Shown here one piece after another: positions 47,270 to 61,461 of a DNA stretch of 64,000 nucleotides (the stretch's first letter is position 1; each line of letters begins with the position of its first letter). Origin of the DNA: the human T2T-CHM13v2.0 reference genome, Homo sapiens; assembly GCF_009914755.1 (NCBI RefSeq), contig NC_060925.1; one strand, written 5' to 3'. The notes beneath the pieces are model-generated. The model was not told the origin of the DNA, searched no databases, and was given only the letters and a program-made list of their open reading frames with translations. Made by a program: the position numbers and the translations under genes.

Positions 47270-48445
47270 AGTTTACATGCCCACCCTGATCTTTTCCCTG
47301 AACTCCAATTGATATCTGACTGTCTAGTAGAAATCTCTGCTTGAATTTAGACATCACATACTTGTGATATCTAAAACTGAACTCCTGATCTTTCCCAGTA
47401 AACATGCTCCTCCCTCACTACACCTTTTTTCAATTTGTAACAACTCAATATTTTCAGATTTTTGAGCCCAAACCTTTGAATCATTTCTTGATTCATTCTC
47501 TCTCCTACATATCATCTGTCTGTAAATCTTACTATGTATATTATACATTATAGTATATATATTAATAACATATATGGTAGTATAATATATATGTTGTAGC
47601 TGTTGTATTATGTATGTAATATATAATACTATATTATATATACTATTATACTACTATATATATATTTTATATATATGTTATACTACCACTACTGCCACTG
47701 GTATTTCTACCACCCTGACCCACAGTACTGCCATCTTTTCCTTACATGATCTGAATAGCCCCTTAACTGGTGTTCCTGCTCCCACTCTTGTTCCCTTGTA
47801 GTCTATTCTCAGCACAGCAGCCACAGTGACCCTTTCAAAATACGTCAGATTACTCCTCTGCTGGAGAGCCCCCTGGCTTCCCATCTAACTTAGAGTGAAA
47901 GGTGATGTCCCTTCACCAGACTGCAAGGCCTGAGGCCCTACACCCTCTTCTTGCCTCTCCTATTACCTCCTCTACTTCTTCCTACCACTCTCTCTCTGTT
48001 CTCTGCTGTAGCTACACTGTTTCTCTTTGTTATTTCTCAAAAACAGGAAGCAAGAGAAGCTTTCTTTTCCGAGGCCTTTGAACTTGACCCTTCTGCCTGG
48101 CTGCCCTTTCTCTAGGGAGGTGCACGATTCTCTCCTCACCTTCTTCATCTTTGATTGAATGTCACCTTCTTCATGAAGTGAATACTCTTTAGGCACCCCA
48201 TGCCTCATCCCAGCTCTCCGAATCCCCCTTCATTGTTTTTTATTCCGTAGCACTATCACCTTCTAAAATACATTTTCTTATTTATTTTGTTTCTTGTCTG
48301 TCTCTCCCCACCAGCATGTAAACTTCCTGAGAAAAGTGGGATGTTTTCTTAGTTTGTTCACTGCTGTGTCACCAGTGCCCAGAATGGTGCCTGATACATA
48401 GCTGGTGCTCAATAAATATTTGTTGAATTAAACAATGGATGAGTA
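47270..48445 (+). mobile_element. L2 3' end with AT-rich low-complexity insert (47535-47680)
   Basis: Ends TTTGTTCACTGCTGTGTCACCAGTGCC...CTCAATAAATATTTGTTGAAT. Confidence 0.8.
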
Positions 48446-48703
48446 ATTAACCTGCTGATTTATTTCTCATTGGAGTAATACAACTTAATCGATACACAAG
48501 ATTATGTAGATGTTTTAGGATAAAAAGCATACCTAATAGCATTCCTCCTTATAAAAAGATTATAAGTAAAATAAATTATTCTAACAGACTCATTTTAATA
48601 CACCATGCAGAATCTGGACTTTCTACAACAGTTCCGAACAAATATGGAATCGTATATGACAAATTATAAAGGACAATATGAACGGTACAAATAGTAAAAA
48701 CTG

Positions 48704-49006
<303 letters not shown>

Positions 49007-51924
49007 CTATAAAAATTAGGAAGGAGAGGTGGCCAGAGAAGGTACCACAGAGAATTGGCACTTTAGCTTGTCTCAAAGGATGAGTTGAGCTTGGATAGGC
49101 AGTGGGGAGAACACAAGGCAGTCCAGGCAGGTGGAACATAAGCGAAAGGGCAGTGTGCCCACCAGGCCAAAGCAAAGGGCACATACTGTCCTGAAATAGG
49201 CCACAGAGATGAGGGGAAATAAAAAGCCATCTCAAGGAGATCTTGAAAGCCAGGGTGAGAAGCCTGGAGTTTGCCCCTCCAGGATCCTGGCTCTCAATCT
49301 GGATAAGAGTGAGGGGAAGGGAAGTGGAGGTGGGGAGGAGGGCAGTGGGGGTGGGGAGGGCCAGGAACTGCTGACTGGGAAGATTATTTTCTTTGTGTAT
49401 TGCTTAGGTTTCGTTTTACTTATTTGTTTTCTTGCAGCTTTAACAAACATCAGCGCTGCATGTGGAAACTTGGAAAAGAAAAAAAAAGCTTTAACAAACA
49501 AAAACACACATACCTGAGATGCACACAGCAACCTACTAGCTCATGGCAAACAGGCCTATATGTTGATAACCTCTGCATTGCTTAGGAAATAAAACACTGC
49601 AGATTCTTGAGCAAGGGGAAGTGCTTCTATCTTTGTTCTTCCTTTTTCTCCTAGTACATATAACATCTTTACTCTGGTCTCAGAATGTTTCTTCCAAACC
49701 TTAATGGCTCTCCCCTTCTTTTTCCTTAATTTCTTCATTCCACCCCTGGAATAACGTTCTAGTCCAGACTAGAAATACAACGTAAATAAAGACTCAATCA
49801 ATGCCAACAGTAGGAGGAGGATTACCACCCAGCTGTTGCCTGTCATGCCCCATTAACACAACCAACTGTCAAGTCTGCCTTTAAAAAACCCAGCTTGACA
49901 TTTGCTTCATCATATTCAGACCCCCCAGCTAGCTCATATAATGTACGTACTTGAAAACATATTAATTGTTTACCAATCTTTCTCCTAAAAATAAAGCTTC
50001 ACTAACAAAAAATGATTAATCTTCTTAATGGACACATTCTTTTCAAATATAATCAAACTTCCACAATTTTAACTGTACTAATTTGATATCTGTGGATAAT
50101 TCTTACCTTTACCTTCCTTGAAAATAAAAATATTTTAAAAATAAGTTAATATGGCAAATAGAAAAACAGAAGAGTAGTGCTTTAAGTAACCCTTGACACT
50201 TTACATCAATTTACACATAGACAATAAATATGATCACTATTATACATATTTATCTAGGGTGGGTAGCGTGGAACTGTGAAAAGAGCAATAGCTTTGAACC
50301 ATGAAGACCAACGTTCAAATCCCGGCTCTCCTTTTTTCTCATTGGGTCGTTTTGGGGAAACTACTTAATAGTTAAGTATAGGAAGACAGTCAGAAGACTG
50401 GGATCTGGGCAGGATACTAAGAAGGTTGCAACTGTATCTGTAATGGTAACTTTTGTTTTTTCACCTGAGGAAAATAAACTAAAAATAATGTTTTCTAACA
50501 TTTAGATATTCAACACATGGACAAGTGTTTAATTATTCTTTGTATATTCCTGTTGTTTGTAAAACAGCTTATAATTTTTAAAACTATTTTAAAGGGAATG
50601 AAAGTAGGAATTACAGGGAGGCAGTTATCAATTAGATATAAGGATGAATTCTCTAGTAGAGTTAGATGTAATAAAGATATTGCCACACTCTATCCATATG
50701 TTTATACATCAAATTTTTACTGAGTACATACATCATGAGACAAAATAAACTTCCTGTCACAAAAGGTGCTTGACCAAAACTCAAGAATCGCCTTTCAGGG
50801 ATACTGTTAAAAGTTTTCCCACATCAGCTAGGAGTTAGCTCTAGAGGGCTTTTAAGATCTTTGGCCATCCCGAAATTCTATGCTTGAAACACATTTTCTC
50901 ATAGAAACGCTCCTACCAAAGGCCAGTGAGAGAACTATCACTTTGCGAAGAATTTCAGAATGCCCACTAGCTCTCCTGTAGCCCTAAAAGGTAATGAGAG
51001 TCTACCTGTTCAGACTGAGAGCTCTGGCTGCCTTGTGCTACAGAAGCAGTAAGTGCATGTAAAGGACGCCATATTTCTAAGACAAAAGCAGTAACAATGA
51101 CTCAAGGATGATGCCCAATAGACGATTTAACCTATAACTTTGCTAATTGTCATATTTTCAAAACAGCCCTATGGGAAGGGTACACAAATGTCTGGGGAGT
51201 ATTTCCTGCTTTTTAGCACCCAGGGAACTACAACCAGGAGCCCAGCTTATTTTGGATTGGGGATGGGGATAGACAAGAAGAGATGGGGCAGGAAGAAGAG
51301 ACGGCTGGTTTATTTTACATACACATATTTTATTTATAATACATCTCTGTGTCTAGGCGTCTCTATGCTGTTCTCATAAAATCTGAATTATACAAATAAA
51401 AAGTTTAATTCCTGGCTGTTTTGAATGACTTGGGCCTGTATTACAAAATTAATCAGATACAATTATGCTATCTTCACAACAACAATCATCTACATTGGTT
51501 TTGACAATGTACAAAGTACTTCCATGTGTATTATTTCGTTTATCTTTACCACAACCTTTGAAGTAGGAAGACATGATGATCCCCATTTTACTGCCTAGGA
51601 CAGAGAGACATCAGGAGGTTAACTGACTTGTTCACTGAGAAAGCGGAGGAGCACAGACTATAACTCCAACAGTTTGACCCCATACTGCATACGCATCAGG
51701 GCCTTAATCATGAGACTGTATGACCCTTCTGAGCCTGGGATTCACTTGCAACTGGGTATTCCCTCTTCTACCTCAGGCCCCCTATACCTTTTCAAAAAGT
51801 GTCCTTCACTGTAAATAATCTTCCTGGTGGTGACCCTAAAGGATCTGACAACCTGGATCTATGTAAAAAAAAAAAAAAAATTGTTTTCTTCATTTTCAAG
51901 ATGAATAAACTAAAGTTGGCTCTC

Positions 51925-52505
51925 AAAGGGTTAAACAAAGAGTTACCATGTGGCCTAGCAATTCCTTTCCTAGTTATATACCCAAGAAAATTGAAAACAT
52001 ATGGCCACGTGAAATCTTATATACAAATGTTCATAGCAGCATTACTCATAATAGCCAAAATTGGAAGTATTTCAAATGTCCTTCAACTGATGAATGGATA
52101 AACAAAATTTAGCATATCCAAATCATAGAATATTACTCAGCCATAAAAAGGAATGAAGTACTGATACATGCTACAACATAAATGACCTTGACAACATTAT
52201 ACGATAATGTGAAAGAAGCCAGACACAAAAGGTCACATACTGTATAATTCCATTTATATGAAATGTCCAGAATAGGCAAATCCAGGCAGAAAGTAGATTA
52301 GTGGTTTCCAGGAACCAGGGAGAGGGAAACTGGGAAGTGAGTGTTAATGAGTATGAGGTTTCCTATTGGAGTGAGAAACAGGTACTGGAATTAGACAGTG
52401 TGATGGTTGCACAACTCTGTGAATACACTAAAATCATAGAATTGTAAGATTTCAGAAGATGAGCTGTACAGCGTGTTAATCGTTTGAATAAAGCTTTGTT
52501 TTCAA
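51925..52505 (+). mobile_element. L1MB-type 3' end
   Basis: GAGTTACCATGTGGCCTAGCAATTCC...TACTCAGCCATAAAAAGGAATGAAG...AATAAAGCT. Confidence 0.8.
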
Positions 52506-53813
52506 AAGAAGACAAAGAAATAAACCAAAGCTGAGAGAAGTAACTAACCCAATCCTTTATCTTTTATAAGAGTTTTTTTAATGATAAAGACTCAGTTAAA
52601 GTCCAATTTGATTCAGTTCAGTTAAAGCTAAATGGCTTAGAATGAATCATGTCTAAATATTCTGTATACCAATCCTACCTATATTATAGGGCCCTAAAAG
52701 AAGGGTCAGACAAAGTATGCTCTAAGTGGCTCTCAGTACTGAATATTCACAGATTAAGTTTTACAAAAAGGTAAAGTTTTGTGATAACCCTCAGATAAAA
52801 CAGAAACACATGACCTATGTTTTGACATAAAACATACGTATTTGGCCTGTTCTGAAAAATATGTGTAATTTTCACACACCACATTCTACCAAGGAAAATG
52901 TCAACCAGAGCCAACCAACTTGGTGTTCCACTCATCAACTCTTTTATGCCAACATGGTGTTTCTGCCCTTGTCTCAGAAGCCAACTACTGATACCTGCTT
53001 CAGAAAACTGACTATGAATTCCACAAAGTCCTGCTTTTTTCTTTTGGATTGTACAATCAACAAACAAGTCACCCTTCTAAAACTCTGTTTCTGAAATTTT
53101 AACATAATTCCTGAAGTTCCAGAGTCTCTTAAATGCTAAAATATTAACAATACCATTCCATTTTTTCCCCTAACACTCAGAAGCATACTGATACCCATCC
53201 TGTACACAGCCTTTTCTTGCCTGATAACAAGAGCACTAATGACAGAGCTATTGCATCAGGTTGATTAATAAACCCCGTCTTAGGCAGCCTCATCATGTGG
53301 ATAAAGAAAAGGAGTTAAGATGATGTTCCTGCTGCCTTCCCCAACATAGAAACACACCCACAACACCCCCAATCCTGGAATAACCAGATGTTAGCTTCAT
53401 CATCACACTAGAGCACTGTAAACCACATCAAAACAAAATGAAACAAATAACAACTTCCCTGGCCACCAAAAATAGATGGCCCAGCCAGAAATAGTGCTGC
53501 CAGAGGCAGTTAAATGAGCTGCAAGGCAGGAATGACAGTTGAGCTGCAGTGATGCTGGGGCCTCCCAAGGATTACCAGACTCCAAACTAGATTCTCCATC
53601 ACTTTGGTCCAATCAACATCAGCAGGACTTGGTATTTGTTCACAATTGGTCCAACTCAGATTATTTGCTGAGCTTCTGGAATTCAGAGAGAGTGACTTAT
53701 GGGCTCACCTTTTTCTCTAGATTTTAAATAATCCTTTCTCCATTTTTTTCTAGGAGTGAAGGCAATTTTGAAGGCATGACTACGACCTGCTCTGGCCACA
53801 AGAGCTAAGAGTT

Positions 53814-54425
<612 letters not shown>

Positions 54426-56415
54426 AACCAAAAACCAAGAGTCCACAGTGATACCATGAATGCACATGGCTGCAACAATAATGCCTTGACCAGAAGTAGG
54501 GGGATAAGGGAAAAGATAGAGCCAACATGAACCCCGATTGACCCTCCCTTGCTCCATCCATGACAGAAAGCCTCCTATTTCTGAATTCACCAGGCTCATG
54601 CTGCCTCCAGGACTTTGCATGGGTAGCAGCATTAGCCTAGAATTTCACTTCTCTTCAATTCCCACCCATCTCTCACTTAACTAATCCCAACTCACCCATA
54701 AGGATCTAAGTCAGATATTACCTACTAAAAGAAACCTATCTGGCCTTAATGCCTGGGCAAGGGCTTCTCCTGAATGCTTCCACAGCACTGCGGACCTACT
54801 CTTATTGTGGCCCATTTCACAGTATATTGGGATTATCTGTTTGACTCTCTCCCCAGTAGATCTGGAGTTCCTTAACAACAGGAAGAATCTTCTTTACTTT
54901 TCTTCCAAAAACAGAAATCGCTTTACTGTTTTTTGTTTGTGTTGCTGTTGCTTCAATGGTCATAAAAGTACTACATGTGCCTGTTCCAGTTGTTCTCTTT
55001 CTCAGTGGAGGGCATAACCTAGTAGTTGACCAAGCAAGAAAACTTGACATCATTTATTCGTTCAAAACAAACAAAAAAGAAGAAAAGAAAAGGGCATGCC
55101 TACTATGTACCAGGCATTATGCTAATCACTGTATCTAGAAGTGAAAAGACAACCACTGTCCCTGCTATAGTGAGCTCATGTTCTAACAGAAAAGGCAGAC
55201 TTTGAACAAATAACTCACGTTATTGAAGAGAGAGGTGAAGGTAGTCTGAAAGTTTACGACAAGGTGACAGTGGGTAGGATGTGAGTGAAGAGATGAATTG
55301 GTGATCTGTCATCTTTGGGTTTCTTCAGCCTCACTGGTTCTACATCCAGTCAATGGCTTAGCTCTATCAATTCTGCCTCTGAAATTTCTTTCACCTGTCC
55401 ATTTCTCTAATTTTTATACTGGCATCTCCACCAACCTTTGCCTGGAATACTGCAACTGTTTTCTCTGCCTCTAGACTACTCCTCCTATGCAGAGGCCATA
55501 AGGAAGCCAAAAGGATCTTTCTAAGAGGAAAATCTGATCATGTCACCTCTCTGTCTAAAAGCTTTCAGCAGTTCCCTTGAGCTCAGATAAAATTTAAAAG
55601 CCTTTACATAACTTGCAAGACTCTGTATGATGACTCCTCTCTCTTTTCTCTGGTTTCAGTTCTCTGCATTCCTTACATCCCATTCTCTAGGAATACTGAC
55701 TATGGTTCTTTCTCTCATCGGGATCTTGATTCAAGCTATTTCCTATGCATGGAACCTTCTTCATTCTCACACTACCACCCCCTTATTAGTGGCTACTTCT
55801 TATTCCTTCTTCAGGACCCTGGTTAGATGCAGTTTCCTCTAGGAAACTTTCCCTGAATCCCCCAATCTCTTCAGATTGAGTAAGTGCCCAGTTATATATT
55901 CCATAGCACTCTTTATTTCTATTACAATAATAATTACATTCTGTTGGAATTTGCTAATCTGTAGACTCTATGAAGGCAGGAACCATGTTTGCCTATTCAA
56001 TATTGTATCTGCAATGCTTAAGGTATGCTGCACATAGTAAAAGCACTAGAATATTTTTTCAATGAATAGATAATTAAAATAAATATAATACTCAGTTATA
56101 AAGAAGGCAATAGGCTAATTCCATCATCCAGACATAATCAATATCAATGTTTTGGTATGTATCCTTCCAGACATTTCCATCTTTTCTCCCTCAAAAATGA
56201 GATCTTATTTTTTGTAATATTCAGTCAAATTGTTGTTGCCGTTGTTTTGTTTAATCTTAAATTTGTTATAATGGACATCCTCCCAAGTCAGTACATTGCT
56301 CTATAATGTTCTATTGTATATATATTCCACACTTGAAATAATCCTCACCTTGAGTACTAATATTGTATTGGTATAGAGAATACTGAAATATAAACACTCA
56401 TCCTTGAACATACAT

Positions 56416-56716
56416 TTTCTTTTTTTTGTTTTTTTTGAGACGGAGTCTAGCTCTGTCACCCAGGCTGGAGTACAGTGGCAATCTCAGCTCAGTGCAACCT
56501 CTGCCTCCTGGGTTCAAGCGATTCTCCTGCCTCAGCCTCCTGAGTAGCTGGGATTACAGGTGTGCACCACCACACCTGGCTAATTTTTGTATTTTTAGGA
56601 GAGACAGGGTTTTACCATGTTGGCCAGGCTGGTCTCGAACTCCTGACCTCAGGTGATCCGCCTGCCTCAGCTTCCTAAAGTGCTGGAATTACAGGCGTGA
56701 GCCACCACGCCCGGCC
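56416..56716 (-). mobile_element. AluS
   Basis: Antisense dimer. Confidence 0.92.
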
Positions 56717-57387
56717 GAAAATACATATTTTCATACATTCATTCTTGATCATTGTGCAACTAACAGCTAGAACATGGCCTGGCACACACGATGCACTCAT
56801 AAATGGATGAGTGGATTAACAAATGAATAAGGGGGTCAGCTATCAGTAAGCATAATAAAATTGTGGCTAAGAGTTTAGGCACTAGAACCAGTACACTTAT
56901 GTCCAAATCCCAGCTCCAGCACTTGCCATCAATTACTAGTGTTTTCCTAGCTTCAGTGTCTCTCTACAAACAAAGACAATGGTTGTACCAACCTCAAAAG
57001 ACTATTAGGAGAACTGAATAAGATAATAAGGTCAAGCGCATTCTCAGAACTTGGCACACTGTAAGCACTTACAAATATTAATTGGTATCATGATCTTTGT
57101 TGCTATTTTTTAAATTTAGTATTGGAATGGAAATTATCATTAGAATGGAAACTTTGCAAAGTCCACAGAAAGAAAGATAAGGCTTCTCTTTGAACAACGG
57201 GAGAAGAGAAGAAAACAAGTTTTAATGAGGAGACAGAAAGGAGATAATTTAAAATTACGAAAAGAATTATTCTAATTCAAGTGCTACATTCTCTGTGAAA
57301 GTGGTTGCTCTCTTTTCTGTGTTGGTAATCATACCTTTCAGAATGTTCAGGGTTTTCCAACTTTTGTAATTTCATTCTTTTTGATAA

Positions 57388-57800
<413 letters not shown>

Positions 57801-59202
57801 ATATTTAAGTTTTAAAAACATACATTAGTTTGGCAAGTACTCCCATCTTGAAATATCTCTTTCAATATTGCCTTAGATGTTATTTAAATTAAATCTTGTA
57901 TAATTTAAATTTTTTTATGCCCCAATCAGATTGTACATTCTTTGAGAATGGAATCTCATGTCCATCTTTGTATATTCTACAGCACTCAGAAGCATTCCTT
58001 TTACTCTGTAGTTCTATAAGAAAAAAAGTAATTGATTTGATTCATATCTTTGGTAATGTTGCTTAGGAAAGAAAACTTTGCATGGAAAGTCTGTGGAATG
58101 CCTGTGTGTGGAAGCCTTCTGTTTCCCTTTTTAAACATGAGATTGAAAAGGGAAAACAAACTGCACTTGTGATTGCTGAAAGTTTAATATTTACCCCCTG
58201 CCTCCTAGTAACTTTTTGAATGTCTTAAGATACCAGTGAAAACAAAACCAGTATGTTTGGGACACTGTGGTTTGGAAGAATGAATGCATTTTTTTAAAAT
58301 AAAAATGCACTTCACTAGTAGTATTCATTTTCCAAGGCTGTAATTAGAGAGAAACACTCGAGAAGCACCAAAATTGTGGAACATAAAGAGGGCAGTGACA
58401 GGACCCCAATTAACCTAAATTAGCACAGGTTACCCAGACTGTGATAACTCAGAGCTCCAGAAACTCCCCAAAATGAAAAAGCCTTCTGCTTTTAGCACTT
58501 TTTTTCTTCTTTTTTCTCCCCAAAGACTTCAAGATTCAAGTGGAAAAGTTCACCAGGATGGGTGGGACCTGAACAGGCTGACTCACTGCGGTTAGATTCA
58601 GACTGCCAAGGAAAGCTGCAGAGTACAGTTAGGCATACACTATAGCTGGTTTTGATGATATTTTCTTGTTAAAGACAACATTATTAGAAAAATGTGGAAA
58701 CAGGACAGGGCAGTGGAGGCCCCCTCTTGATTTTATAGCCAAAGACTCCCACCCTTCCGTGGCTTTTCTGTACCGTCTGCCATGTTGATTCTATGTAAAA
58801 AACCCAAATGCAGGCATTCCACCAATGTAATGCTCTCCTTCTCTGAGAGTCCTTTCATTTCCCCAAGAGCTTTGGAATCATTGGAGTTACAGTGGTTCCG
58901 TTACTTTATTCTTATATAACTTTGGGCAAGTTATTTGAACCTTGATCTCTTCACTAGTATAATGGTTGTAAAAATAATATCTATCTCATAAGTTAGGAAA
59001 ATGAACTGAAAATACACTAAATTAAATATGTCAAATATCTAGAAAAGTACCTGGTGCATAATGAGCACTCAAATAGTATTTATTGTTATTAGCTACTATT
59101 GTGATCTTCTTAATAAATCCTGTCAAATATTATTTCAAAAAGACTCTTTCTCTCCCGTCCTTTTCATTTTTAGTTTTATCGTTCCATTTAAAGTGGAAAA
59201 GA

Positions 59203-59532
<330 letters not shown>

Positions 59533-60317
59533 CTAGTTTCCCATCCTACCCAATCAATTAACACACCAATACCCTCCTTAAAACTGTTCAACTTATTGTG
59601 AATACCAGGTAGAGGCAGAAGAGATACAAATCCAATAGGATATCTAATTTTTAATACTTTTCAGCTAGTTTAGTTGATGAATATTTACTGAGCACTTACT
59701 ATGTACTACATTATGCTATATTCTAGAGACTAGAAAAGAATGGGCAAGAGGTGTTTTCTGCCCTCAAGGAGCTTAGAGTCTTGGTATATATTCTGGGATT
59801 AGAGAGTAAGAGAAGGCATCCTAAAATTAAAAAATAAATAAATTTAAAAAGGCACCTGAGCTGAATCTTGAAGGATGAGTAAACTTTAACCAAATAAACA
59901 ATAGGAGAGAAAAGGTTTTCAAGGCAGAGGGAACAGCAGGTACAAATAAATGAAAGTATGAAACAGCTTTGAATTGCAAGCAGTTCAGAATTAATAGAGT
60001 AAAAATCATGTAATAGAGAATATTGGAAGAAAAAAGTGGATTTACAGTTTACCTAGAGAGGCAGGAATCTGGTAGAATTTCAATCTGCATCAATCTAAAT
60101 AGGAGGAACTAGTGATTCCATTTCCAAATAAGCCAACACCTTCATTAGCACCAAACTTTCACCAGCTGAGTTCCCCAACATAGGACATGCCCACTATCTT
60201 TAGGTCACAAAGACATCAGGTGTTTTCAGGCTCAATCATGAGTTATTGGGCAAGTTCCTTTGTTATTCTTTTTGCCATTAGTTCATCATTTGTAAACTGG
60301 AATAATAATCATGGCTT

Positions 60318-61016
60318 TTCTTTTTTTTATTATATTTGAAGTTCTGGGATACATGTGCAGAACGTGCAGGTTTGTTGCACAGTATACGTGTGCCATGTTG
60401 GTTTGCCGCACCCATCAACCCGTCATCTATATTAGGTATTTCTCCTAATATTATCCCTCACCTTGCCCCACGGCCCCTGACAGGCCCCTGTGCGTGATGA
60501 TCCCCTCCCTGTGTCCATGTGTTCTCATTAGTCAACTCCCATTTATGTGTGAGAACATAGGGTGTTTGGTTTTCTGTTCCTGTGTTAGTTTGCTGAGAAT
60601 GATGGTTTCCAGCTTCATCCACGTCCCTGCAAAGGACATGAACTCATTCTTTTTTTATGGCTGCATAGTATTCCATGGCGTATATGTGCCACATTTTCTT
60701 TATCCATTCTAACATTAATGGGCATTTGGGTTGGTTCCAAGTCTTTGCCATTGTTAATAGTGCTGCAATAAACATACGTGTGCATGTGTCTTTATAGTAG
60801 AATGATTTATAATCCTTTGGGTATATACCCAGTAATGGGATTGCTGGGTCAAATGGTATTTCTAGTTCTAGATCCTTGAAGAATTGTCACACTGTCTTTT
60901 ACAATGGTTGAACTAATTTACACTCCCACCAGCAGTGTAAAAGCGTTCCTATGTCTCCACATTCTCTCCAGCACCTGTTGTTTCCTGATTTTTAATGATC
61001 GTCATTCTAACTGGTG
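60318..61016 (-). mobile_element. L1PA (mid-age) 3' end, 5'-truncated, inserted in a MIR
   Basis: Antisense L1 3' UTR; TSD-like CATG(G/C)CTTTTC at 60310 and 61019. Confidence 0.9.
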
Positions 61017-61404
61017 AACATGCCTTTTCACAAGGTTGTTGTAAATGAGATCATGCTGTCACATACTTAGAGCAATATCTGCCACATAGAAAGTGATCAT
61101 CAAATGCTAGCCAGTATTATGTATGTGCTGCTGAAGTCTTGCTCATTCCAGAGATGCTGCAGCTGGGTGCTGTGATCAGTGAGAAAGCATAGGGCAAGGG
61201 ATTTTTCTCAACACATCATTGTGACCATTTGTAGGTAAAATTTATTTCTGATCCAATAATGTGTTCAGATTTATGATCATGGTACATAAACTTATGGCCC
61301 TGAAAAAGTCACAATTTCTGTGAGTCCTGGTTCCCTCACTTAAAAAATGGGGAGAGTGATGCTTGTTCCGTGTCTTATAAAGACAAAATAAAACAACTTA
61401 TGAG

Positions 61405-61461
61405 ATACACTTAACCCACTGCTCAATACACTAAACCCACTGCTCAATACACTAAACCCAC
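61405..61461 (+). repeat. 21-bp tandem repeat, 2.7 copies
   Basis: ATACACT(T/A)AACCCACTGCTCA x2 + ATACACTAAACCCAC. Confidence 0.92.

Noticed and set aside
49985-49994. MEF2-like CTAAAAATAA
   Set aside because: Expected by chance in AT-rich DNA; no supporting evidence.
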